A program made the translations under genes and the position numbers. Below are positions 17,756 through 26,153 of a stretch of DNA of 34,413 nt, piece after piece (the first letter of the stretch is position 1; every line of letters begins with the position of its first letter). Origin of the DNA: a virus. Taxonomy: Duplodnaviria > Heunggongvirae > Uroviricota > Caudoviricetes. A model generated the notes under the pieces. That model was not told the DNA's origin. It saw nothing but the letters and a program-made list of their open reading frames with translations, and did not search any database. The DNA is taken from IMG/VR virus record IMGVR_UViG_2645728091_000016. The stretch is one strand, 5' to 3'.

Positions 17756-18194
17756 ACTGCAGAAGGTGGACGACTGGCTGAGTGCCTTGCTGGCGAATCT
17801 GGAACCAGCCTCGAGAAGCCGCATGATGCGCCAGCTGGCGCAGGAACTTCGCCGGACACAGCAGCAGAATATCAGGATGCAGCGCAACCCTGACGGCAGC
17901 AGCTATGAACCGCGACGGGTAACAGCACGCAGTAAAAAAGGCCGTATCAAACGTCAGATGTTTGCAAAGCTGCGCACCACAAAATACCTGAAAACTGCCG
18001 CCAGCACCGACTCTGCCAGCGTGCAGTTTGAAGGCAAGGTGCAGCGCATTGCCCGCGTTCACCATTACGGCCTGCGAGATCGCGTCAGTCGTAAGGGACC
18101 GGAGGTGCGTTACGCAGAGCGTCGCCTTCTGGGTGTAAATGATGATGTTGAGGCAATGACCCGCGACATGATTCTGCAATGGCTGGCGGGGTGA
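17748..18194 (+). CDS. S: tail completion/virion morphogenesis protein (P2 gpS)
   Basis: GTG 17748 overlapping R stop; synteny. Confidence 0.75.
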   Translation: MAELQKVDDWLSALLANLEPASRSRMMRQLAQELRRTQQQNIRMQRNPDGSSYEPRRVTARSKKGRIKRQMFAKLRTTKYLKTAASTDSASVQFEGKVQRIARVHHYGLRDRVSRKGPEVRYAERRLLGVNDDVEAMTRDMILQWLAG

Positions 18195-18198
18195 TCTT

Positions 18199-18216
18199 TG
18201 TATCAGCACTGATACA
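18199..18216 (+). promoter_or_regulatory. Ogr/Delta activator site TGT-N12-ACA (perfect palindrome TTGTATCAGCACTGATACAA) of the V-operon late promoter
   Basis: Read from sequence in the S-V intergenic region upstream of V ATG 18263. Confidence 0.65.
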
Positions 18217-18262
18217 AGTTGCAGCACTGTCGCCTTTCTTCCCCTGATGGCAACCTTTCCCT

Positions 18263-18841
18263 ATGAACGCACAATTAACCGAAATCATGCGCCTTATCAC
18301 CAACCTGATCCGCACAGGGGTAGTCACCGAAGTGGACAGGGAAAACTGGCTTTGCCGGGTGAAAACGGGCGAGCTTGAAACCAACTGGATCAGCTGGCTG
18401 ACGCTGCGTGCCGGGAATGCCCGTACATGGTGGCGACCATCGGAAGGTGAGCAGGTGGTGCTGCTGAGTCTGGGCGGCAGTCTGGAAACCGCCTTTGCGC
18501 TGCCCGCTGTCTATTCGAATCAGTTCGCACCACCGTCGACGTCGGCGGACGCCTGCGTGACAGAACATCCTGACGGTGGCTGGTTTGAATACGAACCCGC
18601 CACCGGGCGCTGGTATGTCAGGGGCATCAAATCAATGGTCATTGAGGCTGCTGACAACATCACCATGAAAACCAGTGAGTTTGTACTGGAGGCTGACCGC
18701 ACGCGCATTAACAGCGAAGTGGTGATCAATGGTGGCGTTACCCAAGGCGGCGGAGCGATGAGTTCTAACGGGATCGTGGTTGATGCGCATCAGCATACTG
18801 GCGTCCTGAAAGGCGGCGATACAACCGGAGGCCCGGTATGA
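18263..18841 (+). CDS. V: baseplate spike/assembly protein (P2 gpV)
   Basis: 192 aa; synteny. Confidence 0.85.
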   Translation: MNAQLTEIMRLITNLIRTGVVTEVDRENWLCRVKTGELETNWISWLTLRAGNARTWWRPSEGEQVVLLSLGGSLETAFALPAVYSNQFAPPSTSADACVTEHPDGGWFEYEPATGRWYVRGIKSMVIEAADNITMKTSEFVLEADRTRINSEVVINGGVTQGGGAMSSNGIVVDAHQHTGVLKGGDTTGGPV

Positions 18842-19197
18842 CGCTTTATAGCGGGATGAACAATACCAGCGGCAAAGTCATTACTGATATTGATCATCTG
18901 CGCCAGTCGGTGCGGGACATTCTGCTGACACCGCAGGGTAGCCGTATTGCCCGCCGGGAATATGGTTCCCTGCTGTCGGCACTGATAGATCAGCCACAAA
19001 ATCCGGCATTACGCCTGCAGGTCATGTCGGCAGTGTATGTGGCGCTGAGTCGCTGGGAGCCACGGTTGACGCTAGATTCCATTACCATCAACAGCAATTT
19101 TGACGGTTCAATGGTGGTGGAGCTGACCGGGCGGCGGAATAACGGTGTGCCTGTGTCCCTTTCCGTATCAACAGGAGCAGAGAATGGCAGTGATTGA
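18838..19197 (+). CDS. W: baseplate protein (P2 gpW)
   Basis: 119 aa; ATGA overlap with V; synteny. Confidence 0.85.
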   Translation: MTLYSGMNNTSGKVITDIDHLRQSVRDILLTPQGSRIARREYGSLLSALIDQPQNPALRLQVMSAVYVALSRWEPRLTLDSITINSNFDGSMVVELTGRRNNGVPVSLSVSTGAENGSD

Positions 19198-20092
19198 CCT
19201 TTCGCAGTTGCCTGCACCGCAGATTGTGGATGTGCCGGACTTTGAGACGCTGCTTGCCGAACGCAAGGCAGAATTTGTGGCGCTTCATCCGAAAGATGAG
19301 CAGGAAGCAGTGATCCGCACGCTGGAACTGGAATCTGAACCCGCCACTAAATTGTTGCAGGAGAACGCTTACCGTGAGTTGCTTCTGCGCCAGCGCATTA
19401 ACGAAGCCGCGCAGGCGGTGATGGTGGCTTACGCGATAGGCGGCGATCTTGACCAGCTCGCTGCCAACTACAACGTGACACGCCTGACGGTGACGCCTGC
19501 TGATAATGATGCTGTGCCGCCCGTTGCAGCTGTGATGGAAAGCGATGAAGCGTTGCGCCTGCGTGTGCCTGCAGCCTTTGAAGGGCTTTCTGTTGCGGGG
19601 CCAACTGCAGCTTATGAATTTCATGCCCGAAGCGCCGACGGTCGGGTGGCGGATGCCAGTGCAACCAGCCCGGCACCTGCAGAGGTGGTGCTGACTGTCC
19701 TTAGCCGCGAAGGCGATGGAACTGCAGAAAAAGACCTGCTGGACGTGGTGGAAAAAGCTCTGAACAGTGAGAACGTCCGCCCGGTGGCTGACCGTCTTAC
19801 GGTTCGCAGCGCAGAAATCATCCCGTATCGCGTGGATGCCACCATTTTTCTCTATCCTGGACCGGAAGCAGAGCCGGTAATGGCAGCGGCAAAAGCCAGC
19901 CTGCAGAAGTACATCGCCAGTCAGACGCGTCTTGGTCGGGATATTCGCCGTAGCGCCATCTTTGCCGCCCTGCATGTTGAGGGGGTGCAGCGTGTGGAGC
20001 TGGCTTCTCCTCTGGCGGATGTGGTCCTGAACAAAACACAGGCGGCATCATGTACGCAGTGGAGCGTAACCAACGGAGGAACGGATGAATAG
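19184..20092 (+). CDS. J: baseplate assembly protein (P2 gpJ)
   Basis: ATG 19184 with AGGAG upstream (track starts earlier at 19145); synteny. Confidence 0.85.
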   Translation: MAVIDLSQLPAPQIVDVPDFETLLAERKAEFVALHPKDEQEAVIRTLELESEPATKLLQENAYRELLLRQRINEAAQAVMVAYAIGGDLDQLAANYNVTRLTVTPADNDAVPPVAAVMESDEALRLRVPAAFEGLSVAGPTAAYEFHARSADGRVADASATSPAPAEVVLTVLSREGDGTAEKDLLDVVEKALNSENVRPVADRLTVRSAEIIPYRVDATIFLYPGPEAEPVMAAAKASLQKYIASQTRLGRDIRRSAIFAALHVEGVQRVELASPLADVVLNKTQAASCTQWSVTNGGTDE

Positions 20093-20690
20093 TCTGCTGC
20101 CACCGGGTTCAACACCACTGGAGCGCCGACTGGCGCAAACCTGCAGCGGGATTTCTGATCTGCAGGTGCCGCTTCGTGACTTGTGGAATCCGGCAACCTG
20201 TCCGGTCAGTTTCCTGCCTTATCTCGCCTGGGCGTTCTCTGTGGATCGCTGGGACGAGGGCTGGACAGAAAGCGTCAAGCGCCAGGTGGTGAAGGATGCT
20301 TTTTATATTCATCAGCATAAAGGGACCACCAGTGCCGTGCGGCGGGTGGTGGAGCCGTTCGGATTCCTGATCCGCATTATTGAGTGGTGGCAGACCGGAG
20401 AAACACCGGGCACGTTTCGCCTGGATATCGGCGTGCAGGACCAGGGCATCACTGAAGATACCTATCTGGAACTTGAGCGACTGATAAGCGATGCCAAACC
20501 ATGTAGCCGCCACATGATCGGCATGTCCATCAATCTGCAGACCAGCGGCCCGCATTGGGTGGGAGCCGCCAGCTATCTTGGCGAAGAAATCACGATCTAT
20601 CCGTATATCAACGAAACGATTATTTCCGGTGGCACCGCGCATGAAGGCGGGGCGGTCCATGTTATTGACACAATGAGAGTGAATCCATGA
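20085..20690 (+). CDS. I: baseplate/tail protein (P2 gpI)
   Basis: 201 aa; synteny. Confidence 0.85.
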   Translation: MNSLLPPGSTPLERRLAQTCSGISDLQVPLRDLWNPATCPVSFLPYLAWAFSVDRWDEGWTESVKRQVVKDAFYIHQHKGTTSAVRRVVEPFGFLIRIIEWWQTGETPGTFRLDIGVQDQGITEDTYLELERLISDAKPCSRHMIGMSINLQTSGPHWVGAASYLGEEITIYPYINETIISGGTAHEGGAVHVIDTMRVNP

Positions 20691-22075
20691 GCACAAAATT
20701 TTATACCCTGCTGACGGATATTGGCGCGGCGAAACTTGCCAGCGCCGCCGCGCTCGGTGTGCCGCTAAAAATTACCCATATGGCGGTGGGCGATGGCAGT
20801 GGAGTATTGCCAACGCCGGACGCAAAGCAGACGGCACTGGTAAATGAGAAACGCCGGGCTGCGCTGAATATGCTTTATATCGACCCGCAGAACAGCAGCC
20901 AGATTATTGCCGAACAGGTGATCCCTGAAAACGAGGGCGGTTGGTGGATACGTGAAGTGGGCTTGTTTGATGAGTCTGGGGCATTGATTGCCGTGGGCAA
21001 CTGCCCGGAAAGCTATAAGCCGCAACTGGCTGAAGGTAGCGGGCGCACTCAGACCGTGCGCATGGTGCTGATTACCAGCAGCACGGACAATATCATCCTG
21101 AAAATCGACCCTGCTGTAGTGCTGGCAACCCGCAAGTATGTGGATGACAAGGCACTGGAGCTGAAGGTGTACGCGGATGATCAGATGGCAAAACATCTTG
21201 CCGCACCGGACCCGCATTCACAGTACGCGCCAAAAGCCAGCCCGACATTTACCGGAACCCCCAAAGCGCCAACGCCAGCGGCGGGGAATAATACCACGCA
21301 GGTTGCGACCACTGCGTTTGTACAGGCGGCACTGACGGCCCTTATTAATGGTGCGCCAGCCACGCTGGACACGCTGAAAGAAATAGCCGCAGCCATTAAC
21401 AATGATCCGAATTTCAGTACCACCATTAACAATGCGCTGGCACTAAAAGCACCGTTGTCGAGTCCGGCACTCACCGGAACGCCAACAGCCCCCACGGCGG
21501 CGCAGTCGATCAACAATACACAGATTGCCACTACGGCTTTTGTGAAATCGGCGATTGCAGGAATGGTGGGTTCTGCACCTGCTGCACTGGATACACTGAA
21601 CGAACTGGCGGCGGCACTGGGGAATGATCCGAACTTTGCCACGACAATGCTTAATGCGCTGGCAGGTAAACAACCGCTGGACAATACGCTTACCAATTTG
21701 AGTGGAAAGGATGTAGCTGGTCTTCTCACATACCTTGGTTTGGGAGAAGCCAGATATGTCATTCAGCGAGGAGCTAATGCCAATGGTGCATGGATACGCT
21801 GGTCAGATGGTGCAATAGAAGTCTTTGGGACGGGTGGTTCTAATAATAATGGACTGGCTAAAGTCGTTTATCCTATTGTGCTTAAGCTTTCACGTTTTAT
21901 CAGCATAGCGGAAAGAATAGGAACGGATTATGGGGGCACATCTAATAACGTTCACGTTTCAATGATCGTGGATGACCAGGTCACTAATACCGGTTTTTAT
22001 GTCCGCTGCCAGATGTACGACGGAACACCATCAACAAGTGCTTTTTCTTGGAGGGTTTATTGTGCGCCTGTTTAA
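20687..22075 (+). CDS. H: tail fibre protein (P2 gpH-type); C-terminal about 113 aa lie inside the invertible segment
   Basis: 462 aa; internal tandem repeats; ATGA overlap with I. Confidence 0.9.
   Translation: MSTKFYTLLTDIGAAKLASAAALGVPLKITHMAVGDGSGVLPTPDAKQTALVNEKRRAALNMLYIDPQNSSQIIAEQVIPENEGGWWIREVGLFDESGALIAVGNCPESYKPQLAEGSGRTQTVRMVLITSSTDNIILKIDPAVVLATRKYVDDKALELKVYADDQMAKHLAAPDPHSQYAPKASPTFTGTPKAPTPAAGNNTTQVATTAFVQAALTALINGAPATLDTLKEIAAAINNDPNFSTTINNALALKAPLSSPALTGTPTAPTAAQSINNTQIATTAFVKSAIAGMVGSAPAALDTLNELAAALGNDPNFATTMLNALAGKQPLDNTLTNLSGKDVAGLLTYLGLGEARYVIQRGANANGAWIRWSDGAIEVFGTGGSNNNGLAKVVYPIVLKLSRFISIAERIGTDYGGTSNNVHVSMIVDDQVTNTGFYVRCQMYDGTPSTSAFSWRVYCAPV
21239..21682 (+). repeat. 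tandem 2 x 222-bp (74-aa) repeat inside the tail-fibre shaft
   Basis: Two protein repeats beginning SPTFTGTPKAPT... and SPALTGTPTAPT... with shared ...TTAFV...DTL.E.AAA...DPNF.TT..NALA motifs. Confidence 0.6.
21723..21748. other. left crossover site (hix/gix-like 26-bp site TTCTCACATACCTTGGTTTGGGAGAA) inside H
   Basis: About 19/26 match to hixL as recalled; inner half plus 9 further bp (21735-21755) repeated in inverted orientation at 23168-23188. Confidence 0.6.
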
Positions 22076-22259
22076 TCCTGTTACTTTGACTGAAGTAATC
22101 CCCGGTCTTCATGACGTGACCGGGGCTGTTGAATTACCAGAAGATAACTGGTTTTTTACTGCATCTGAAATCCCTGAAGGAATGGAAATATCTGTTAACG
22201 AGAAGGGCGAACCCATTCTGATTGAGATTAAACCATCTCAGGTGGAACTGGCCAGATAA
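22062..22259 (+). CDS. small protein downstream of the expressed fibre tip; putative tail-fibre assembly chaperone
   Basis: GTG 22062 with GGAGG 6 nt upstream; 65 aa; overlaps H stop; position equals tfa/gpG/U. Confidence 0.45.
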   Translation: MRLFNPVTLTEVIPGLHDVTGAVELPEDNWFFTASEIPEGMEISVNEKGEPILIEIKPSQVELAR

Positions 22260-22494
22260 CCCCCGGCGCGGTGCTGGTATCTGCTTCCATCACCGCGGCG
22301 ATATTACCAACATCATATTCAGTCATTTCCGGTTCCGGTGGTGCTATAAACTCTCCGTCAGAATAGAACCAACCGACGCCTGCATCTATATGATCAATAT
22401 TTATAATTTCGCAATTAGAGAATAAATCACCCTCTCCATCCCAGATAATAATATTTTTCACCACGCCATGTTCAATCAGAGCAAAATTACTCAT
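22228..22494 (-). CDS. small protein paired with the alternative fibre tip; putative tail-fibre assembly chaperone
   Basis: 88 aa; ATG overlaps stop of the alternative fibre cassette (ATGA). Confidence 0.5.
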   Translation of the reverse strand: MSNFALIEHGVVKNIIIWDGEGDLFSNCEIINIDHIDAGVGWFYSDGEFIAPPEPEMTEYDVGNIAAVMEADTSTAPGVIWPVPPEMV

Positions 22495-23186
22495 CAGGCA
22501 TACTCCTCAACAATAACTATTCCCGGGGCACCGTCACCTCCCGATTGAGCCTCACTTCCAGCAGGTGCGCAGGCTCCGCCTCCGCCAGCACCAAAGCCCT
22601 CAGCTTTACCACCACCACGTCCGCTGAATGATGAAGAACTTGCACCACCTATACCGCCTGAACCTAATGGTGTATCCCCCCCGGTACCACCTGCTACAGC
22701 TTTAACAGAGATAACCATTGCTCCTGGTGTTTTTGCACTACAGCGAAATGCTCTTAGTACAGTCCCGGACGATGTCGGACTGGCACCCCATGAAATACCC
22801 TGAATATATGATGTGTTTGCAGATGCTCCCCCCGCGCCACCGCCTGTACCACCAGGTGCAGTTATCATGGAACCGAAATAAGTTGTGCCACCTTCACTAC
22901 CTGAATTTCTTCCGGCTCCCCCCCCTTTACCTGCAGCACCGATAATAACGTTGACTTCGAAATCATTATCAACCTCGAAAAATGCTTCAATAAATGCGCC
23001 GCTCAATCCAGCTCCGGCTGTTGCCTGTTGATTTTCTGTTGTTTCAGGAACCCCACCGCCGCCGCCACCGCCACCAGAGGCAATGACCCTTATCTTTTTT
23101 GTCCCTGGTGTTGGGATATATTTTCCAGAGCTTTTAAAAATATTCGTGTTTAACAAACGACCAGAGAATCTGGCTTCTCCCAAACC
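22494..23186 (-). CDS. promoterless alternative tail-fibre C-terminal cassette (Gly-rich), expressed only after inversion fuses it to the constant part of H
   Basis: Open frame on minus strand beginning at the right crossover site with GLGEARF; contains SGGGGGGGGV run and many GGxGG repeats. Confidence 0.65.
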   Translation of the reverse strand, partial: GLGEARFSGRLLNTNIFKSSGKYIPTPGTKKIRVIASGGGGGGGGVPETTENQQATAGAGLSGAFIEAFFEVDNDFEVNVIIGAAGKGGGAGRNSGSEGGTTYFGSMITAPGGTGGGAGGASANTSYIQGISWGASPTSSGTVLRAFRCSAKTPGAMVISVKAVAGGTGGDTPLGSGGIGGASSSSFSGRGGGKAEGFGAGGGGACAPAGSEAQSGGDGAPGIVIVEEYA

Positions 23187-23200
23187 AACGTTTAAGAAAA
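23175..23200. other. right crossover site (hix/gix-like, inverted relative to left site)
   Basis: TTCTCCCAAACCAACGTTTAAGAAAA; inner half is the reverse complement of the left site inner half. Confidence 0.6.
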
Positions 23201-23255
23201 TGCAGAGGTAACAGCTAACTGGCATCATCTCCGGTTTTTATTCAGGGGGATGATC

Positions 23256-23822
23256 ATGCTTATTGGCTATGTACGCGTGTCAACAAATGACCAGAACACC
23301 GATTTGCAACGTAATGCACTGAACTGCGCGGGATGTGAGCAGATTTTTGAGGACAAAATCAGTGGCACTAAGTCCGACAGACCGGGGCTGAAAAAACTAC
23401 TCAGGACACTATCGGCAGGAGACACGCTGGTTGTCTGGAAGCTGGACAGGTTGGGGCGCAGTATGCGGCATCTTGTTACGCTGATAGAAGAGTTGCGCCA
23501 GCGTGGTGTGAATTTCAGAAGCCTGACTGACAGTATTGATACCAGTACCCCAATGGGCCGTTTCTTTTTTCATGTCATGGGTGCCCTGGCTGAAATGGAA
23601 CGCGAACTGATAGTTGAACGTACCAGGGCAGGGCTGGCTGCAGCTCGTGCCAAAGGCAGAGTAGGTGGACGCCGTCCTAAGTTGACCACCGAACAGTGGG
23701 CACAGATTGGGCGTTTACTCGAGGCCGGAGAATCAATACAGCGTATTGCACTGATTTTTGATGTAGGCGTTTCTACCATTTATAGAAAATTTCCGGCAAA
23801 TAAGATCAATGAATCCCCCTGA
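23256..23822 (+). CDS. serine-recombinase DNA invertase (Hin/Gin/Cin/Pin family)
   Basis: MLIGYVRVST...DQ...LVVWKLDRLGRS catalytic-domain motifs and C-terminal HTH; ATG 23256 after GGGGGA. Confidence 0.9.
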   Translation: MLIGYVRVSTNDQNTDLQRNALNCAGCEQIFEDKISGTKSDRPGLKKLLRTLSAGDTLVVWKLDRLGRSMRHLVTLIEELRQRGVNFRSLTDSIDTSTPMGRFFFHVMGALAEMERELIVERTRAGLAAARAKGRVGGRRPKLTTEQWAQIGRLLEAGESIQRIALIFDVGVSTIYRKFPANKINESP

Positions 23823-23871
23823 ATCAGCATTATGTTGATTATCCCTGCAAGCAGACAAATACCGTTATTTT

Positions 23872-23889
23872 GTGTGAATAACGACACAA
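23872..23889 (+). promoter_or_regulatory. Ogr/Delta activator site TGT-N12-ACA of the FI-operon late promoter
   Basis: TGTgtgaataacgacACA, about 85 bp upstream of FI ATG 23965. Confidence 0.6.
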
Positions 23890-23964
23890 CTGCGCTTAGC
23901 TGTTTGTCAGGCACAATCACTTCAACATAGGGCGAAGCCTAATCCAATCAGGAGGTTCGCCACT

Positions 23965-25137
23965 ATGGCTCAGGATTACCACCACGGGGTGCGCGTTGTT
24001 GAAGTCAACGAAGGCACCCGATCTATTACCACGGTGAGCACCGCCATCGTGGGTATGGTCTGCACGGGCGATGATGCCGATGCAAAAATGTTTCCTCTTA
24101 ATAAACCCGTGCTGATCACTGATGTGCTGACTGCCAGCGGTAAAGCGGGTGAGTCAGGTACTCTGGCCCGTTCGCTGGATGCCATCGCTGACCAGGCAAA
24201 ACCCGTGACCATTGTTGTGCGTGTGCCGCAGGGTGAAACGGAAGACGAAACCACGACCAATATCATCGGCGCAGTGACTGCTGAAGGTAAAAAAACAGGT
24301 ATGAAAGCCCTGTTATCTGCCCAGTCACAGCTCGGCGTTAAACCGCGCATTCTCGGCGTGCCAGGCCACGACACCAAGGCGGTAGCTACTGAGTTGCTGA
24401 GCGTGGCGCAAAGCCTGCGTGGATTTGCTTACCTGTCAGCGTATGGCTGCAAGACAGTGCAGGAGGCGATCACTTACCGCGAAAACTTCAGCCAGCGCGA
24501 AGGGATGCTGATCTGGCCTGACTTTACTGGCTGGGACACGGTGCTGAATGCCGAAGCAACGGCATATGCCACCGCCCGTGCGCTTGGTCTGCGCGCCAAA
24601 ATTGACGAGCAGACCGGATGGCACAAAAGCCTGTCCAACGTGGGCGTGAACGGTGTCACCGGAATTTCTGCAGATGTGTTCTGGGATCTGCAGAACCCGG
24701 CAACCGATGCAGGTCTGCTGAACCAGAACGACGTCACCACGCTTGTGCGTAAAGACGGTTTCCGCTTCTGGGGTTCCCGTTGCCTGAGTGATGACCCGCT
24801 CTTTGCCTTCGAAAACTACACCCGCACGGCGCAGGTGCTGATGGACACGATGGCAGAAGCACACATGTGGGCGGTGGATAAACCGCTTAACCCGTCGCTG
24901 GCCCGCGACATTATCGAAGGTATCCGCGCCAAAATGCGCAGCCTGGTCAGTCAGGGCTATCTCATTGGTGGTGATTGCTGGCTGGATGAGTCGGTGAACG
25001 ACAAAGACACGCTGAAAGCCGGAAAACTCACCATCGACTACGACTACACGCCAGTGCCGCCACTTGAAAACCTGATGCTGCGTCAGCGCATCACCGATCA
25101 GTACCTGGTGAATTTCGCCAGCCAGGTCAGCGCGTAA
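23965..25137 (+). CDS. FI: contractile tail sheath protein (P2 gpFI)
   Basis: 390 aa; GGAGG upstream; synteny. Confidence 0.9.
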   Translation: MAQDYHHGVRVVEVNEGTRSITTVSTAIVGMVCTGDDADAKMFPLNKPVLITDVLTASGKAGESGTLARSLDAIADQAKPVTIVVRVPQGETEDETTTNIIGAVTAEGKKTGMKALLSAQSQLGVKPRILGVPGHDTKAVATELLSVAQSLRGFAYLSAYGCKTVQEAITYRENFSQREGMLIWPDFTGWDTVLNAEATAYATARALGLRAKIDEQTGWHKSLSNVGVNGVTGISADVFWDLQNPATDAGLLNQNDVTTLVRKDGFRFWGSRCLSDDPLFAFENYTRTAQVLMDTMAEAHMWAVDKPLNPSLARDIIEGIRAKMRSLVSQGYLIGGDCWLDESVNDKDTLKAGKLTIDYDYTPVPPLENLMLRQRITDQYLVNFASQVSA

Positions 25138-25146
25138 GGGGACAAC

Positions 25147-25662
25147 ATGGCTTTACCACGCAAATTAAAACACCTGAACCTGTTTAACGACGGGAACAAC
25201 TGGCAGGGGATCGTTGAGTCGCTGACGCTGCCGAAATTTACCCGCAAATATGAGAAGTATCGCGGCGGCGGAATGCCGGGTGCGGTGGATGTGGATCTGG
25301 GGCTTGATGACAGTGCGCTGGACACAGAATTTTCCATTGGTGGTACTGAATTGCTGCTGTTTAAACAGATGGGTAAAACCACGGTGGATGGCATCCAGCT
25401 GCGCTTTACCGGCTCTATTCAGCGTGACGATACCGGGGAAGTGCAGGCCGTGGAGCTTGTCGTGCGTGGACGTCACAAAGAAGTGGATTCCGGCGAGTGG
25501 AAGACGGGCGAAAGCAACACCACCAAAGTGACCAGTACCAACAGCTACGCGAAGCTGACCATCAATGGTGAGGTGCTCTATGAAGTGGACCTTATCAACA
25601 TGGTGGAAATTGTGGACGGTGTGGACCTGATGGAAGCGCACCGCAACGCCCTCGGCCTCTGA
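25147..25662 (+). CDS. FII: tail tube protein (P2 gpFII)
   Basis: 171 aa; synteny. Confidence 0.9.
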   Translation: MALPRKLKHLNLFNDGNNWQGIVESLTLPKFTRKYEKYRGGGMPGAVDVDLGLDDSALDTEFSIGGTELLLFKQMGKTTVDGIQLRFTGSIQRDDTGEVQAVELVVRGRHKEVDSGEWKTGESNTTKVTSTNSYAKLTINGEVLYEVDLINMVEIVDGVDLMEAHRNALGL

Positions 25663-25716
25663 TATATCTGAACGGCGCGGGATACCGCGCCAGAACCCAA
25701 TTGACAGGACAGCAAA

Positions 25717-26019
25717 ATGAGCGATAAGCAGACTGAAAAGACCATTCAACTGGATACCCCCATCAAGCGCGGTAAAACAGAAATCACCGAAATTGTGCTG
25801 CGTAAACCGCAGTCCGGTGCGCTGCGCGGTACACGCCTGCAGGCCATTATGGATATGGATGTAAACGCGATGATGACCGTGATCCCCCGCATCTCCAGTC
25901 CGGCACTGACTGCACAGGAAATTGCAGAGATGGACCCGGCAGATCTCACTGCCATGTCGGTTGAGGTTGTCACTTTTTTGTTGAAGAAGTCGGTGCTTGC
26001 CGGTTTACCGACAGCCTGA
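25717..26019 (+). CDS. E: tail assembly chaperone E (zero-frame product)
   Basis: 100 aa; precedes tape measure gene. Confidence 0.8.
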   Translation: MSDKQTEKTIQLDTPIKRGKTEITEIVLRKPQSGALRGTRLQAIMDMDVNAMMTVIPRISSPALTAQEIAEMDPADLTAMSVEVVTFLLKKSVLAGLPTA

Positions 26020-26153
26020 CGGTTGACGATCTGGTGGCAGATATCGCCACCATTTTTCACTGGCCGCCATCCGTTACTGACGTTATGCCGCTGACCGAAG
26101 TGCTGGAATGGCGGTATAAAGCGATTCAGAGAAGCGGGGCCAACGATGAGTGA
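25717..26153 (+). CDS. E+E' extended chaperone produced by -1 programmed ribosomal frameshift at TTTTTTG (25974-25980)
   Basis: Heptamer T TTT TTG in X XXY YYZ phasing with E frame; -1 frame open to TGA at 26151-26153, overlapping T start. Confidence 0.6.

Larger units (their letters stand above)
21736..23187. other. invertible DNA segment (tail-fibre host-range switch) bounded by inverted crossover sites
   Basis: 21-bp perfect inverted repeat at both ends; both orientations encode LGLGEAR at the junction; promoterless opposite-strand fibre tip; adjacent serine invertase. Confidence 0.7.

Noticed and set aside
19088-19975. 295-aa minus-strand ORF antisense to baseplate gene J (and 19398-19676, 19621-19845)
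   Set aside because: Antisense to a conserved structural gene; Cys/His/Arg-rich low-complexity translation typical of a non-coding frame.
22718-22945. 75-aa plus-strand ORF inside the invertible segment
   Set aside because: Antisense to the Gly-rich alternative fibre cassette; no start context.
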